From: an uncultured Verrucomicrobiae bacterium
GTDB lineage: Bacteria > Verrucomicrobiota > Verrucomicrobiia > Limisphaerales > UBA8199
Assembly (NCBI GenBank): GCA_963762555.1
Contig: CAVXLO010000007.1
Span: 103,640 to 167,639, forward strand
Reading direction: 5' to 3'
DNA length: 64,000 bases
Positions within the stretch are counted from its first letter, which is position 1. The number at the start of each line of letters is the position of its first letter. This document shows positions 23,008 through 33,327 of this stretch, in pieces. Made by a program: the position numbers and the translations under genes. Under the pieces are notes generated by a model, which saw nothing but the letters and a program-made list of their open reading frames with translations, was not told the DNA's origin and searched no databases.

Positions 23008-23810
23008 TCATCCTTCTGGATAATTGGTGGAAGTCAGGACGATGGGCTTGTCGCTCCAGTTGCAAATGCGGTTGATCTTGTCGCCGGCGCTGATATCCAG
23101 CCACAAGTCGTACGACTTGGTGTTGAAGACGGGGTTGGACGAGTTATAGCGCCACGGGTTGATGCGGGTGAGGGCGTTATTCTGGTACATCAGGGGCCCT
23201 TCGAGGCCGGAGCCAAGCACCGTAGGGGTGATCGGGGCTCCCACGATGCTCACCGCCAGGAATTGACTGGGCTTTAGGTCGGTCAAAAAGGAAACCGCGC
23301 TCGGGGCCTCGTCGCTGTGGCGACCCGGTCGAGCGCAGTTCATGAAGCTCCTGACGGGTGTGGCGGCGCCGAAAACGCCCGTGAAGGTGGCGGCGTTATC
23401 GGGGAACTGGGCGCTGCCATCCAGCGTGTCATAAACGCCATTGGTCGATGTGGTGGTTCCCAGCAGCTCGTAATAGAGCTGGTTCACGGCCCAGTTGCCG
23501 GGGTTGTCGGGCGGGTAATAGCCGAGTTTCTCTTGTAGCGCTCGATGGCGGTTTCGAGCTGCGTCATCTCGTTGCGCGCCCGGGTGCGGATGGCCGCCCG
23601 CTTGCCGCCCGAACGGCCGGGAACGTCAGCGCGGCCAGGAGGGCGATGACGGCTATGACGACCAGCAGCTCGATGAGGGTGAAGGCGCTGGGAATGCGGG
23701 AGGCGTGAAACGTGAAAGTGAAACGTGATGCCGCTGACCCGTGCGGAGCGGATCCGTCATCCGATCTCCCGTCTTCCGTCTTCTGTCTTCTGCGTTTGCT
23801 TCGTTTTCAT
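23008..23810 (-). CDS. Type IV pilin / GspG-like pilin (start 23810 or 23760)
   Basis: Reverse strand ~23690-23620 reads SA/FTLIELLVVIAVIALLAALTFPAV; later AIERYK..LGYYPPDNP and NPWRYNSSNP..N.KSYDLW; frameshifted. Confidence 0.82.
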
Positions 23811-24082
23811 CGTTCGCGCAGTTCGTGTTCCAGCCGTTCACTGAGCCATTGCTTGATCATGCTTTGGTAATTCAAATAGCGGGATTGGGCCAGTCTTTTG
23901 ATGCGGGCCAACATCCGCGGGTCAATCCGCAGGGAAATGGCGACCGACCCGGAGGATCGGCGGGCGCCGGCTACCGCGGCCTCCATGAGGCGCAGGTCGG
24001 GCTTGTTCTCCGCCCAAAAATCCGCCTCGGCCTCTTCGCTGTCGAAGATCGGCACTTCTTCCCATCTGGCAATCGCGCGCAT
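23807..24082 (-). CDS. BrnA/CopG-like antitoxin (ribbon-helix-helix)
   Basis: VPIFDSEEAEADFWAEN N-terminus and AISLRIDPRMLARIKRLA...YQSMIKQWLSERL C-terminus; directly downstream of a BrnT-like gene. Confidence 0.8.
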   Translation of the reverse strand: MRAIARWEEVPIFDSEEAEADFWAENKPDLRLMEAAVAGARRSSGSVAISLRIDPRMLARIKRLAQSRYLNYQSMIKQWLSERLEHELRER

Positions 24083-24159
24083 GTTTCACTGTTCAGCGAC
24101 TGGACTACTTCACCGATCACTGATTACTGAGTACTGATTACCGGTTACTAACCCCCGAC

Positions 24160-24446
24160 TCACTGCGCCAGGCTCTGATCCATTTTCCGCTGGTAGAAGA
24201 ACCGTTCTTCGGGCTCGAACGGGCGGGCGTACAGGACGCGCGCCTGCTTGCCGTTCGTCCGATACACACTGAAGATGCCCGCCCCACCGCCGACACACCC
24301 AGGTTAAAGAACCGGGCCTGCACCGAGAACCGGGGCGAATCCGGCAATAGCCGAATCGCAAATGGGTCCTCGAACGATTCTTCGATTTCCTGCAGCGTCA
24401 AAGAACTATCCAGATTGAAGGGCGGATTATTCCAATCAAACTCCAT
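24160..24446 (-). CDS. BrnT (DUF497)-like toxin homolog
   Basis: MEFDW...EIEESFEDP...RFFNLG; after one frameshift GIFSVYRTNGKQARVLYARPFEPEERFFY, matching the BrnT pattern. Confidence 0.72.
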
Positions 24447-24473
24447 AGCAGCTTAATTGTCAATCTAATGCCC

Positions 24474-24521
24474 ATGCAATGTATTTACATTGTATTTACG
24501 CATGAGCACCCAGGTTGTCAA
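24474..24521 (-). promoter_or_regulatory. Candidate promoter/operator upstream of the brnT-like gene
   Basis: AT-rich patch; minus-strand TTGACA at 24521-24516; CAATGTA-TT-TACATTG inverted repeat overlapping a TGTATTTAC direct repeat; -10 element imperfect. Confidence 0.5.
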
Positions 24522-24695
24522 GTGGGTTCGCAAAGCATTTATGCAAATGTTTCGGCGTGGACGAAGGGCAGATCCTTGCAGCCTCAGAGAAGCCCCGGGC
24601 ACCCGTGAGACCCACACCTGGGCGCTCACGTCCGGCAGATGACATCTAAGTGCTGCGCAGAAGCCACCATCATAGCCTCTCAGCGAGAACTGAAC

Positions 24696-24799
24696 AAGCG
24701 GCAGACGCGGCAGCCGCACTCCAAGACGACCTCTGCGATCCTCCGGCGTACTGCCGGGCGACCCCAGCGATCTTGGAGTGCGGCTGTCCTCATGCCGCT
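24696..24799. repeat. REP-like hairpin of the CGTCTTGGASTGCGGCTGTCCTC family
   Basis: CAGCCGCACTCCAAGA and TCTTGGAGTGCGGCTG in inverted orientation; related to 32066-32165. Confidence 0.7.
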
Positions 24800-24907
24800 A
24801 TGCCCCGCAAATCGTGTGACGGCAATGCTGAGACAGGCTTACCCTGAGCTCCCGGGGACGCCAGGCAGCTCTCCGCCGAGACGTCATCTAGTACTGGCTA
24901 AGGCTCG

Positions 24908-26279
24908 TCATCCGGCTGGCCGGCGACGGTTGCCAAGCGATTGCGGATCGTCGGGCCACCTCTTGCCGCCGGAGGTATCGCCGCCGACGTTGTTCATCAG
25001 CTCGATCAGGGGCAGGAACATGGCGATGACGATGCTGCCGACGATGACGGCCAGAAAGACAATCATGATCGGCTCGAGCAGGGAGGTCATGGCCGCGACG
25101 GCGTTATCCACCTCGTCGTCGTAGTTGTCGGCGATTTTGAGGAGCATTTCGGGCAGGGCGCCGGTTTGTTCGCCGACGTCCACCATGCTGATGACCATGG
25201 GCGGGAAGACGCCGGAGGCTTCGAGCGGGGCGGTAATGGTTTCGCCTTCTTTGACGCTCTCGTGGACGGCGCCGACGGCGTTGCCGACGATGACATTGCC
25301 GGCGGTTTCTTTGACGATGGTCAGGGCCTGGAGGATGGGGACGCCGCTGCTGACGAGGGTGCCCAGGGTGCGCGTGAAGCGGGAGATGGAGACCTTGCTG
25401 ACGACCGGGCCGACGACGGGCACCTTGAGCTTGAACTTGTCCCAGGCGTGGCGGCCGAACTTGGTGCGGACTTGAACAGCATGAAGAGCACCACGAACAC
25501 GGCCACGCCGCAGGATCGGTATAAACGAAGTGGTCCTTGATCATGTCGCTGATGCCGAGGACGAAGCGGGTGAAGGCGGGCAGCTGGGCGTTGTCCAACA
25601 TGCCGGCGAAGACATCCTTGAACTTCGGGAATGACATACACCATCAGGATGGTCAGGATGCCGGTGGCCACGATCAGCACGGCGACGGGGTAGAACATGG
25701 CCGCGATGACCTTGCCTTTGATCTTCTGGGCCTTCTCCATGAACTCGGACAGGCGGTTCAGCACGACTTCGAGCACGCCGCCCAGCTCGCCGGCCTTGAC
25801 CATGTTGACGAAGAGCCGGTTGAAGACTTTGGGGTGCTGGGCCAGGCCCTCGGAGAAGGTGCTGCCGCCTTCGATCGCCAGCGCCAGCTCGCCGATGATC
25901 GACTTGAGGGTGGGGTTGCGCTCCTGCTTCTCCAGCACGCGCAAGCCGCGCAGCAGGGGCAAGCCGGCATCCACCAGCGTCGCCAATTGGCGGGTGAAGG
26001 TGGTCAACACCTTGGATTTCACCCGGCCGCTGAGGCCGGGGATCTTGATGTTGAGGTTCATGTTGAGCCCCTTGCCCTTCTTCTTGCCGCCGGCTTTGGC
26101 GGGCGGCGCCGGCCTTTCTTGCCGGGCTTCTCCTTGACCTTGTCGGTCTCGACGATCTTGGTCGGGAACAACCCCATTTCCTTGACCCGGCCGATGGCCT
26201 CGTTCTGGCTGGCGACTTCGAGCGTGCCCTTGCTCTCCTTGCCATGGGCGTCCATGGCCACGTAATTGTATTTTGGCAT
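24908..26279 (-). CDS. pilC: PilC/GspF inner-membrane platform protein
   Basis: MPKYNYVAMDAHGKESKGTLE; FTRQLATLVDAGLPLLRGL; VNMVKAGELGGVLEVVLNRL; VGEQTGALPEMLLKIADNY; LLEPIMIVFL; frameshifted, exact stop uncertain. Confidence 0.93.
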
Positions 26280-26296
26280 AAGGGTGGGAGTTAAAC

Positions 26297-26400
26297 GGAG
26301 TGCGGGAGTGCGGGAGTGCGGGAGTGCGGGTGGGGGAAAGCCGGACTGGCGGAGGATCGCGGTCTAGCAAGACTCCAACTCTCCAACACTCCATCGCTCC
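26297..26400. repeat. Short tandem repeats (GCGGGAGT)n and (ACTCCAAC)-like in partly inverted arrangement
   Basis: GGAGTGCGGGAGTGCGGGAGTGCGGGAGTGCGGG followed by ACTCCAACTCTCCAACACTCCATCGCTCC. Confidence 0.7.
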
Positions 26401-26406
26401 ACTTCT

Positions 26407-28121
26407 TCATGTGTATTTAACGATTTCTTCGATAGTAGTATCACCCTCAAAGATGCTGCGCAAGCCGTCTTCCCGCAGGGGGATCATGCCCAGCTCGACG
26501 GCCTTCTGGCGCATCACCACCGTCGGCGCGCGCTCGTTGATCAAGGCCCGGATGGCGTCGCTCGATGGTCAGCAGCTCGAAGATGCCTTTGCGCCCCTTG
26601 TAGCCGGTGTCGTTGCAGGCCGAGCAGCCGCGCCCGTAGTAGAAGGTCTTGTCGCCCAGGTCGTGCGGCGAGAGGTTGAGCAGGGCCAACTGCGTCTCGG
26701 TCGGCTCGAAGGGCGTGCGGCAGTTCTTGCAGATCGTGCGCACCAGCCGCTGGCCGACCACCGCCACCAGCGTGGAGGAAATCAGGAACGGCTCGACGCC
26801 CATGTCCACCAGACGCGTGACGGCGCCCGGGGCATCGTTGGTGTGCAGGGTGCTGAGCACCAGGTGGCCCGGTCAGGGAGGCCTGGATGGAAATCTGCGC
26901 GGTCTCCAGGTCGCGCATTTCGCCCACCATGATGACGTCCGGGTCCTGGCGGAGGAACGAGCGCAGGGCCTTGCTGAAGGTCAGCCCGACCGCCTCGTTG
27001 ATGGCCACCTGCATGATCCCTTCGATGTCGTATTCGACCGGGTCCTCCGCCGTGAGCAGCTTCGAGTCAATGGTGTTGACCCGGCGCAGGCAGGAGTAAA
27101 GGGTGGTGGTCTTGCCGCAGCCGGTCGGGCCGGTGACGACGATGATGCCATTGGGCCGCTGGATGGCTTCGACGATGTAATCGTAAAGGTATTTGGGGAA
27201 GCCCAGCGACTCGATCTCCAGGTTGACCGCCGCCGGTCCAGCACGCGGAGCACGACCGATTCGCCGAACTGGGTGGGCAGCGTCGAGACGCGCAGGTCAA
27301 TCGTGCGGTTGCCCATGGTTGTAACTGATGCGCCCGTCCTGCGGCAGGCGGCGCTCGGAGATGTTCAGGTTGGCCATGACCTTGAGGCGCGAGACGACCG
27401 GCAGCGCCAGGTGCTTGGGCGGCGGCGACATCTCGTAGAGGGCGCCGTCCACGCGGTAGCGGATCTTGAATTCGCTCTCGAAGGGCTCGAAATGAATGTC
27501 GCTGGCCCGGTCCTGCACGGCCTGGATAGAGCACCAGGTTGACGAAGCGGACGATCGGCGCCTGGTCGGCCAGGCGCGCCATCATGGTCGCGTCATCCAG
27601 TGACCGCCACCTCGGCTGGCTTCCTTGGCGATTTCCTTGTCCGTCGCCCAGCTCCTTGAGGATGTCGGTGACGCTCTCGCTCTCCTCGGGGTAGAACTTC
27701 TCGATGGCCTTCTGGACTTGCGCCGGGTCGGCGACGACCAACTGGATGTCCTTCTTGACGACGAAGCCCAGCTCGTCAATGCGGCCGAGGTTGAGCGGGT
27801 CCACCAGGGCGACTTGCAGGGTGGAATTCTGCCAGGCCCACCGGCAGGCATTGGTACATGCGCGCCATCTTGGCCGGCACCAGCCGCAACAGCTCGGGCG
27901 TCAGATCGCGCTCGCTCACCGTGACCACCGGCGCGCCCAGATGGCTGGCGATCGCCTGCAGGATCGTGTCCAGGTCCAGCACGCCGAAGTCCTGGAGGAT
28001 CTGGCTGACGGGCTTGCCGGTGCGTTTGAACTCGCCCAGCACTTCCTCGGTACTGCAGATCGTCGATCAGGCCTTGTTCCTTGACCAGGGAGAGCAGCGG
28101 GTTGGAGATGTCGTCGGGCAT
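26407..28121 (-). CDS. PilB/GspE-family assembly ATPase (copy 2)
   Basis: [19 protein letters not shown], Walker A GPTGCGKT (reverse strand ~27110-27135), [28 protein letters not shown]...[13 protein letters not shown]; ends [11 protein letters not shown]; frameshifted. Confidence 0.92.
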
Positions 28122-28127
28122 ACGCGG

Positions 28128-29250
28128 TTAAGCCTTCCCCTCGACGACTGCCTGCGTGTCGGCGCCCACCGCCGCCGCCAGCTCCAGCTCCTGGAGCTTG
28201 GCCTGGATGGTCACCGGGTCCTGCGCCTTGGTGACCACTTCCTCGCGGGCGATCATGCCCGCCAGGTATTTATCAATCAGGAAGCTGTCCAGCGTCACCA
28301 TGCCATACTTGGCGCCGGTCTGGATGTCGGATTGAATGCGGAAGGTCTTGTTGTCGCGGATCAGCGCCGCGATGGAGGGCGTGTTGATCATGATCTCGAA
28401 GATGGCCACGCGCCCGGGCTTGTCAATGCGCGGGATCAGCAACTGCGAGATGACCGCCTGCATGCACCGTCGAAAGCTGGATGCGGATTTGCTCCTGCTG
28501 GTTGGTGGGGAACGCGTTGACGACGCGGTCAATGGTCTTGGCCGCGCCGGTGGTGTGCAGCGTGCCGAACACCAAGTGCCCCGTTTCCGCCGCCGTGATC
28601 GCCGCGTCAATCGTCTCCAGGTCGCGCATTTCGCCGACCAGAATCACGTCCGGGTCCTGGCGCAGCACGCGCCGCAGCGCCTCGGCAAAGTTCGGCACGT
28701 CCACGCCGATCTCGCGCTGGGTGACGATGGCCTTCTTGTGCTTGTGGTAATACTCGATCGGGTCCTCGATGGTGACGATGTGGGCCTCGTCGCGCTCCTC
28801 GTTGATGATGTTGATCATCGAGGCCAGCGTGGTCGTCTTGCCCGAGCCCGTCGGGCCGGTGACCAGCACCAGGCCGCGCGGTTTGTAGAGCAGTTCCTTG
28901 GCCGAGGGCGGCAGGCCGATCTGCTCCATCGTCAGCATCTTGTTGGGAATCTGGCGCAGGACCATGCCGAAGTTGCCCTTCTCCTTGAAGACGCTGACGC
29001 GGAAACGCGCCATGTCGCCGAAGGCGAAGCCGAAGTCGGCGCCGCCGCGCTCGCGCACATGCTGGATGTGGTCCTCCGAGGTGATGCTGCGCATCAGCTC
29101 CTCGGTGTCTTCCGGCGACAGCGACGGCCCTTCCACCCGGTGCAGAATGCCGTGCACGCGGATCACGGGCGCGGTGCCCACGCGGATGTGCAGGTCGGAG
29201 GCGCCTTCCGACACCACCAACTGCAACAGATCGGACATCGAGTAGGACAT
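28128..29250 (-). CDS. pilT: Type IV pilus retraction ATPase PilT
   Basis: [86 protein letters not shown]; one frameshift. Confidence 0.93.
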
Positions 29251-29361
29251 GCTTAATTCCGTTATACGCCCATTTTCTCAGTGCACACATTTCATTAGTC
29301 CGGCGAAGCCTAACACCAGGATCAGACAGCCGAGAAGCCTATTTATCACGCCGGCATCCGC

Positions 29362-31079
29362 TCAATCCACATCTCCCACCGTCGCGCGGATCACTTCGTC
29401 CGGCGTAGTCAATCCAGCCTGCACCTTGCGGATGCCGTCCTCGCGCAGGGTGCGCATCCCCATCTCGCGGGCGCGGGCGCGCAGGACCGACGAGGAGACC
29501 TTCTCGTAAATGAGCTTTCGGGCCTCGTCATCAATGACGAAGATCTCGAAGATGCCGAAGCGCCCGCGGTAGCCGGTGTTGGAGCAATTGGAGCAGCCTT
29601 TGCCTTTGTGGAAGGTGGCGCCCTGGACTGGTCGCCGCATCCAGGCCCAGCGAGCGCATTTCCGCCTCGGTGGGCATGTAGGGGCCCGCGCACTGCTGCA
29701 GACCTTGCGGACCAGCCGCTGGGCCATCAGGGCGCGCGTCGAGGAAGCCACCAGGAACGGCTTGACGCCGATATCAATGAGCCGGGTGACCGCGCTCGGC
29801 GCGTCATTGGTGTGCAGCGTCGAGAAGACCAGGTGCCCGGTGAGCGAGGCATTGATGGCGATGGTCGCCGTCTCCAGGTCGCGGATTTCCCCGATCATGA
29901 TGACGTTCGGCGCCTGGCGCAGGATCGCGCGCAGCGCCGCCGAAAAACGTCAGCCCGACGGCCTCGTTGACCTGCACCTGGTTGATGCCCGACAGCAGGT
30001 ATTCCACCGGGTCCTCGACGGTAATGATCTTGCGGTCCGGCCGGTTGATGAAGTGCAGGCAGGAATAGAGCGTCGTCGTCTTGCCCGAACCGGTGGGCCC
30101 GGTCACCAGCAGGATGCCGTCCGGCAGGCCGATCAGCCGCTCGAACGTCTGCTGGTCATCGGTGAAAAAGCCCAGCTCCGGCAGGCCCAGCCGCAGCCCT
30201 TCCTTGTCCAGGATACGCATGACGATGCTTTCGCCGTGATTGGTCGGCAGGCAGGACACGCGCAAGTCAATGAGCTTGGTGCCCACCGAGGTCTGGATAC
30301 GCCCGTCCTGGGGAATCCGGTGCTCGGAGATGGACATGTTGGACTGGATCTTGAGGCGGCTGATCATCGCCGCCTGCAGCCGTTTGGGCGGGGCCTTGAC
30401 CTCGTGCAGCACGCCGTCAATCCGGTAGCGCATGCGGAAGACCTTCGACCAGCGGCTCCAGGTGAATGTCCGAGGCCCGCATCTTGAAGGCCTCGGTAAT
30501 GATCGAATTGACCAGCTTGATCAGCGGCGCATCGGCTTCCACCACCGCGCCGTCGGTCGCCGCCGCCGCCTCGATCTCGACGTGCTCGCGCGTGAGGTCC
30601 TCGATAACCTCCTGGAGACGCGGATCGGTCGCCGCGCCGCTCCGCTCCGCGTAATACCGGCTCAAGGCCGACTCGATGTCGGCCTCCGAGGCCACCCGCA
30701 GCTCGATGTCCGCGTGCAGCAGATGCGCCAGGCTGTCAATGGTGTCCAAGGTCCGAAGGGTCGGCCAGCGCCACCGTGACGCTGTTGTCGTGCTTGAAGA
30801 CCGGCACGACCCGGTATTTGCGCGCGATGTGCCGCGGGACGGTGGCGATGACATCGTCGGCAATCTTGCAACTCGCTCAGGTTGACGACCTCCGCGCCGA
30901 AATGCGCGGCCTTGGCCTGCGTAACGTCGGCCGGGCGCACGACCTTGTTGGCCACCAGCAGGTCCACCACTCCGACCCCGGTCGGCCTGGGCCTCCTGCC
31001 GCGCCTCGGCTACTGTCTCGGCGGTGACGAATCCCAGGTCAACCAGGATGTCTGCCAGATAATCGTCTTTTTCAGCCAC
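29362..31079 (-). CDS. PilB/GspE-family assembly ATPase (copy 1)
   Basis: [80 protein letters not shown]; frameshifted. Confidence 0.92.
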
Positions 31080-31123
31080 GGTTTATTTTGCACTACACAC
31101 GTTCGTCGTGGATCGTTGGTAAA

Positions 31124-31151
31124 AGCCTAGTGGGGAAACCGCCGTTGTCAA
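31124..31151 (-). promoter_or_regulatory. Candidate sigma70 promoter of the pilus/secretion operon
   Basis: Minus strand TTGACA-N16-TAGGCT about 45 nt upstream of the GTG start at 31079. Confidence 0.55.
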
Positions 31152-31888
31152 TGCGCGCCTGCGGTGAAACGAAAAAAGTTGGCCCTGCCCTGTTCGGCGG
31201 AAACGCCTGTCCCCGCGGACGCCACTGGGGATAAACACCAGCCGGACATGCCACGCCCGGCGATGGAGAGAACTTCCCGAGCCGGTTCGGGCTTTGAACC
31301 CAGCAACGAACCCCTCTGCCGCCTTCGGCGCCCTCTCCCCCTTTGGCAGATTCCCACCACCCCGGGCCAGGGCCATCCGCTGAATTACGTACCCCCTGGT
31401 ACGTAATCCCCGGCGTTGCGGCTCCGCGCCGGGTGGAGGATGTTGCCGTGTTCCCCGAAAGGGATTGGAAGGGCGGCGGCCGCGAACGCGCTACTGCGGC
31501 ACCGTCTTCCCTCTGGCGCAGTCTTCGCTGGCTGCGCCGCTTCTCTTTAGCCCCGGCTCACGCACCGGCCAAAGCCGGGCCGGTCGGGTTATCCCCCATC
31601 CTCTGGGAACTGTTGCGCAATCTTGCCTTGCGCGGCTTCTCCATCTCGCACACGGATCACTTGAGCGATGCCCAGCTTTAGGAGCCAGAGCCGAATGGGG
31701 CTTGCTTAAGGTTCAGCCAGCGCACGGGCTTTTCAACGGTCGCTGAGCACAGGTGCGAGGGCGCCCTCGTAGCTTCCCAGCCACTGAGCCGTTACGCCCC
31801 GATTCCCGAGCCTGAGCCAACTTTGCTCCCGACTCCCTCCAGCCCCCCCTCAAGCCCCCTCCAGGCCTACTACTGGCTAACCAGTAGC

Positions 31889-31951
31889 CAACTGGTAGGC
31901 AACCGGTCCGATGTGGATCCGATCCACATCGGACCGGTTGCCTACCAGTTG
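31889..31951. repeat. Perfect palindrome, 31-bp arms with 1-nt centre
   Basis: CAACTGGTAGGCAACCGGTCCGATGTGGATC-C-GATCCACATCGGACCGGTTGCCTACCAGTTG. Confidence 0.95.
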
Positions 31952-32065
31952 CCTAGCGGTTGGCTACCTCGTGGCCTGCCCCAGACTTGGACCGGGCCTG
32001 GGCGTGGCTGGGCCGGCCATTCGGGGTCCTTCTGCATTCTCCATTCGGCCAACCCGCTTATTGCC

Positions 32066-32165
32066 TCGCGAAGCGTCTTGGACTGCGGCTGTCCTCTGCC
32101 GCTTTCGGGCTTGCGGAGTCATCGAAAAGCGGCAGAGGACAGCCGCAGTCCAAGACGCTTCGCGA
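32066..32165. repeat. REP-like hairpin with ~40-bp arms
   Basis: TCGCGAAGCGTCTTGGACTGCGGCTGTCCTCTGCCGCTTT and its reverse complement AAAGCGGCAGAGGACAGCCGCAGTCCAAGACGCTTCGCGA. Confidence 0.92.
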
Positions 32166-32251
32166 CGTAGCCCACCGGAGTCAGCAGGTTTGCCGAATCT
32201 TTCAAGTCCTGGCGTAAGGCGTAGAAGCTTTGACTGGTAACGGGCTGAACG

Positions 32252-33223
32252 CTAGGGCACCCAGCGCGCGCGGTAGAACCGGCTGGGCAAGCCAGTGGTC
32301 CCATGGTCCACGTAGTCGAAGGAGCCGCCGGTTGCGACATTTGTCGCAAGCGGGCTCCATTGCGCAAGATTGGTGGAGGCCTCAATCGCAAAGACCATGT
32401 CCGGTGTGCCGACCAGGTGCAGGACTGGCGCCCCGTCCAGCATTCCGAGCCAGTTGAGTTGAGGCGGTGGGAGCGAAGCGGTGACCAGGTAATTGTCGAA
32501 GACCATGTAATTGTTTCCCGGGGCATTCGTGTCGTAGATGACCCAGCCGGCGTCAATGTCGCCCAGGTTGAGGGGCGCGCCGATTGTGGTGATCGGCTGG
32601 TTGGTGGCCACCAGCGCGCCGTTGAACATGGCGCTCCAGCGGTTGTTGGCGAAATCAAGGTCCATGCTCAGCGGGTAGGCGCCGCCGTTCGTGAATTGCA
32701 GGTCAGAGTTTACTCGGCCGTTGGTGTTATCGAGGTAATAGTAGAGCGCGAGTTCATAATTATCGAAATCCAGGCTGAACAGCGCGTCGCCCTGCTGGTT
32801 ATACACGCTCCAGTAAAAATCATCCCAGTTGGTATTGCTGGAGTCAAACACGCTCATCGTCACCGAGAACTGAGCGTTGGAGAGGGCTTTATTGAGGGGC
32901 TGATAAACAAACAGATAGTCGTCGCCAGGCGAGGGCGGATTTAAACCAATGTAGGCCTGCTGGCCCTGCCCGGGAAAGACATCAGTGAACAGGCCATTCC
33001 CGCCGGACCCGGCCTGTATCCACCCGTTTTGGCCTGCCAGATCGAGGTTGGTGCTGTAGCCCTCGCTGGCTTCAAAACCCGTGGAGTAAATGACCGCTGC
33101 GGCAGCATGGCCCGTGTCCAAACCCAAACCAAAGCACGCCGAGATCAAGCACGCCAAGCACAGCAAGAATCGTCGCTTCCGAGCTCTGTGTCGGGCAGAG
33201 AAGTTATTGTCAGAGGGGCTCAT
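32252..33223 (-). CDS. Secreted beta-sandwich protein with C-terminal STNL..W...FYRA domain
   Basis: Basic leader [19 protein letters not shown]...AAA, mature start [13 protein letters not shown]; tail [18 protein letters not shown]...[10 protein letters not shown]; 3' part of ORF 32252-34057. Confidence 0.8.
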   Translation of the reverse strand: MSPSDNNFSARHRARKRRFLLCLACLISACFGLGLDTGHAAAAVIYSTGFEASEGYSTNLDLAGQNGWIQAGSGGNGLFTDVFPGQGQQAYIGLNPPSPGDDYLFVYQPLNKALSNAQFSVTMSVFDSSNTNWDDFYWSVYNQQGDALFSLDFDNYELALYYYLDNTNGRVNSDLQFTNGGAYPLSMDLDFANNRWSAMFNGALVATNQPITTIGAPLNLGDIDAGWVIYDTNAPGNNYMVFDNYLVTASLPPPQLNWLGMLDGAPVLHLVGTPDMVFAIEASTNLAQWSPLATNVATGGSFDYVDHGTTGLPSRFYRARWVP

Positions 33224-33327
33224 TTCGATGACCGTACGCCTCGCCGGCTGGATGTCAAATTGGACCAGGACTGCCGCCGAGGCGCGGCCAAGGCGAGTGA
33301 CCAGTGGTGAGGCCGGAACTGCTTCTC

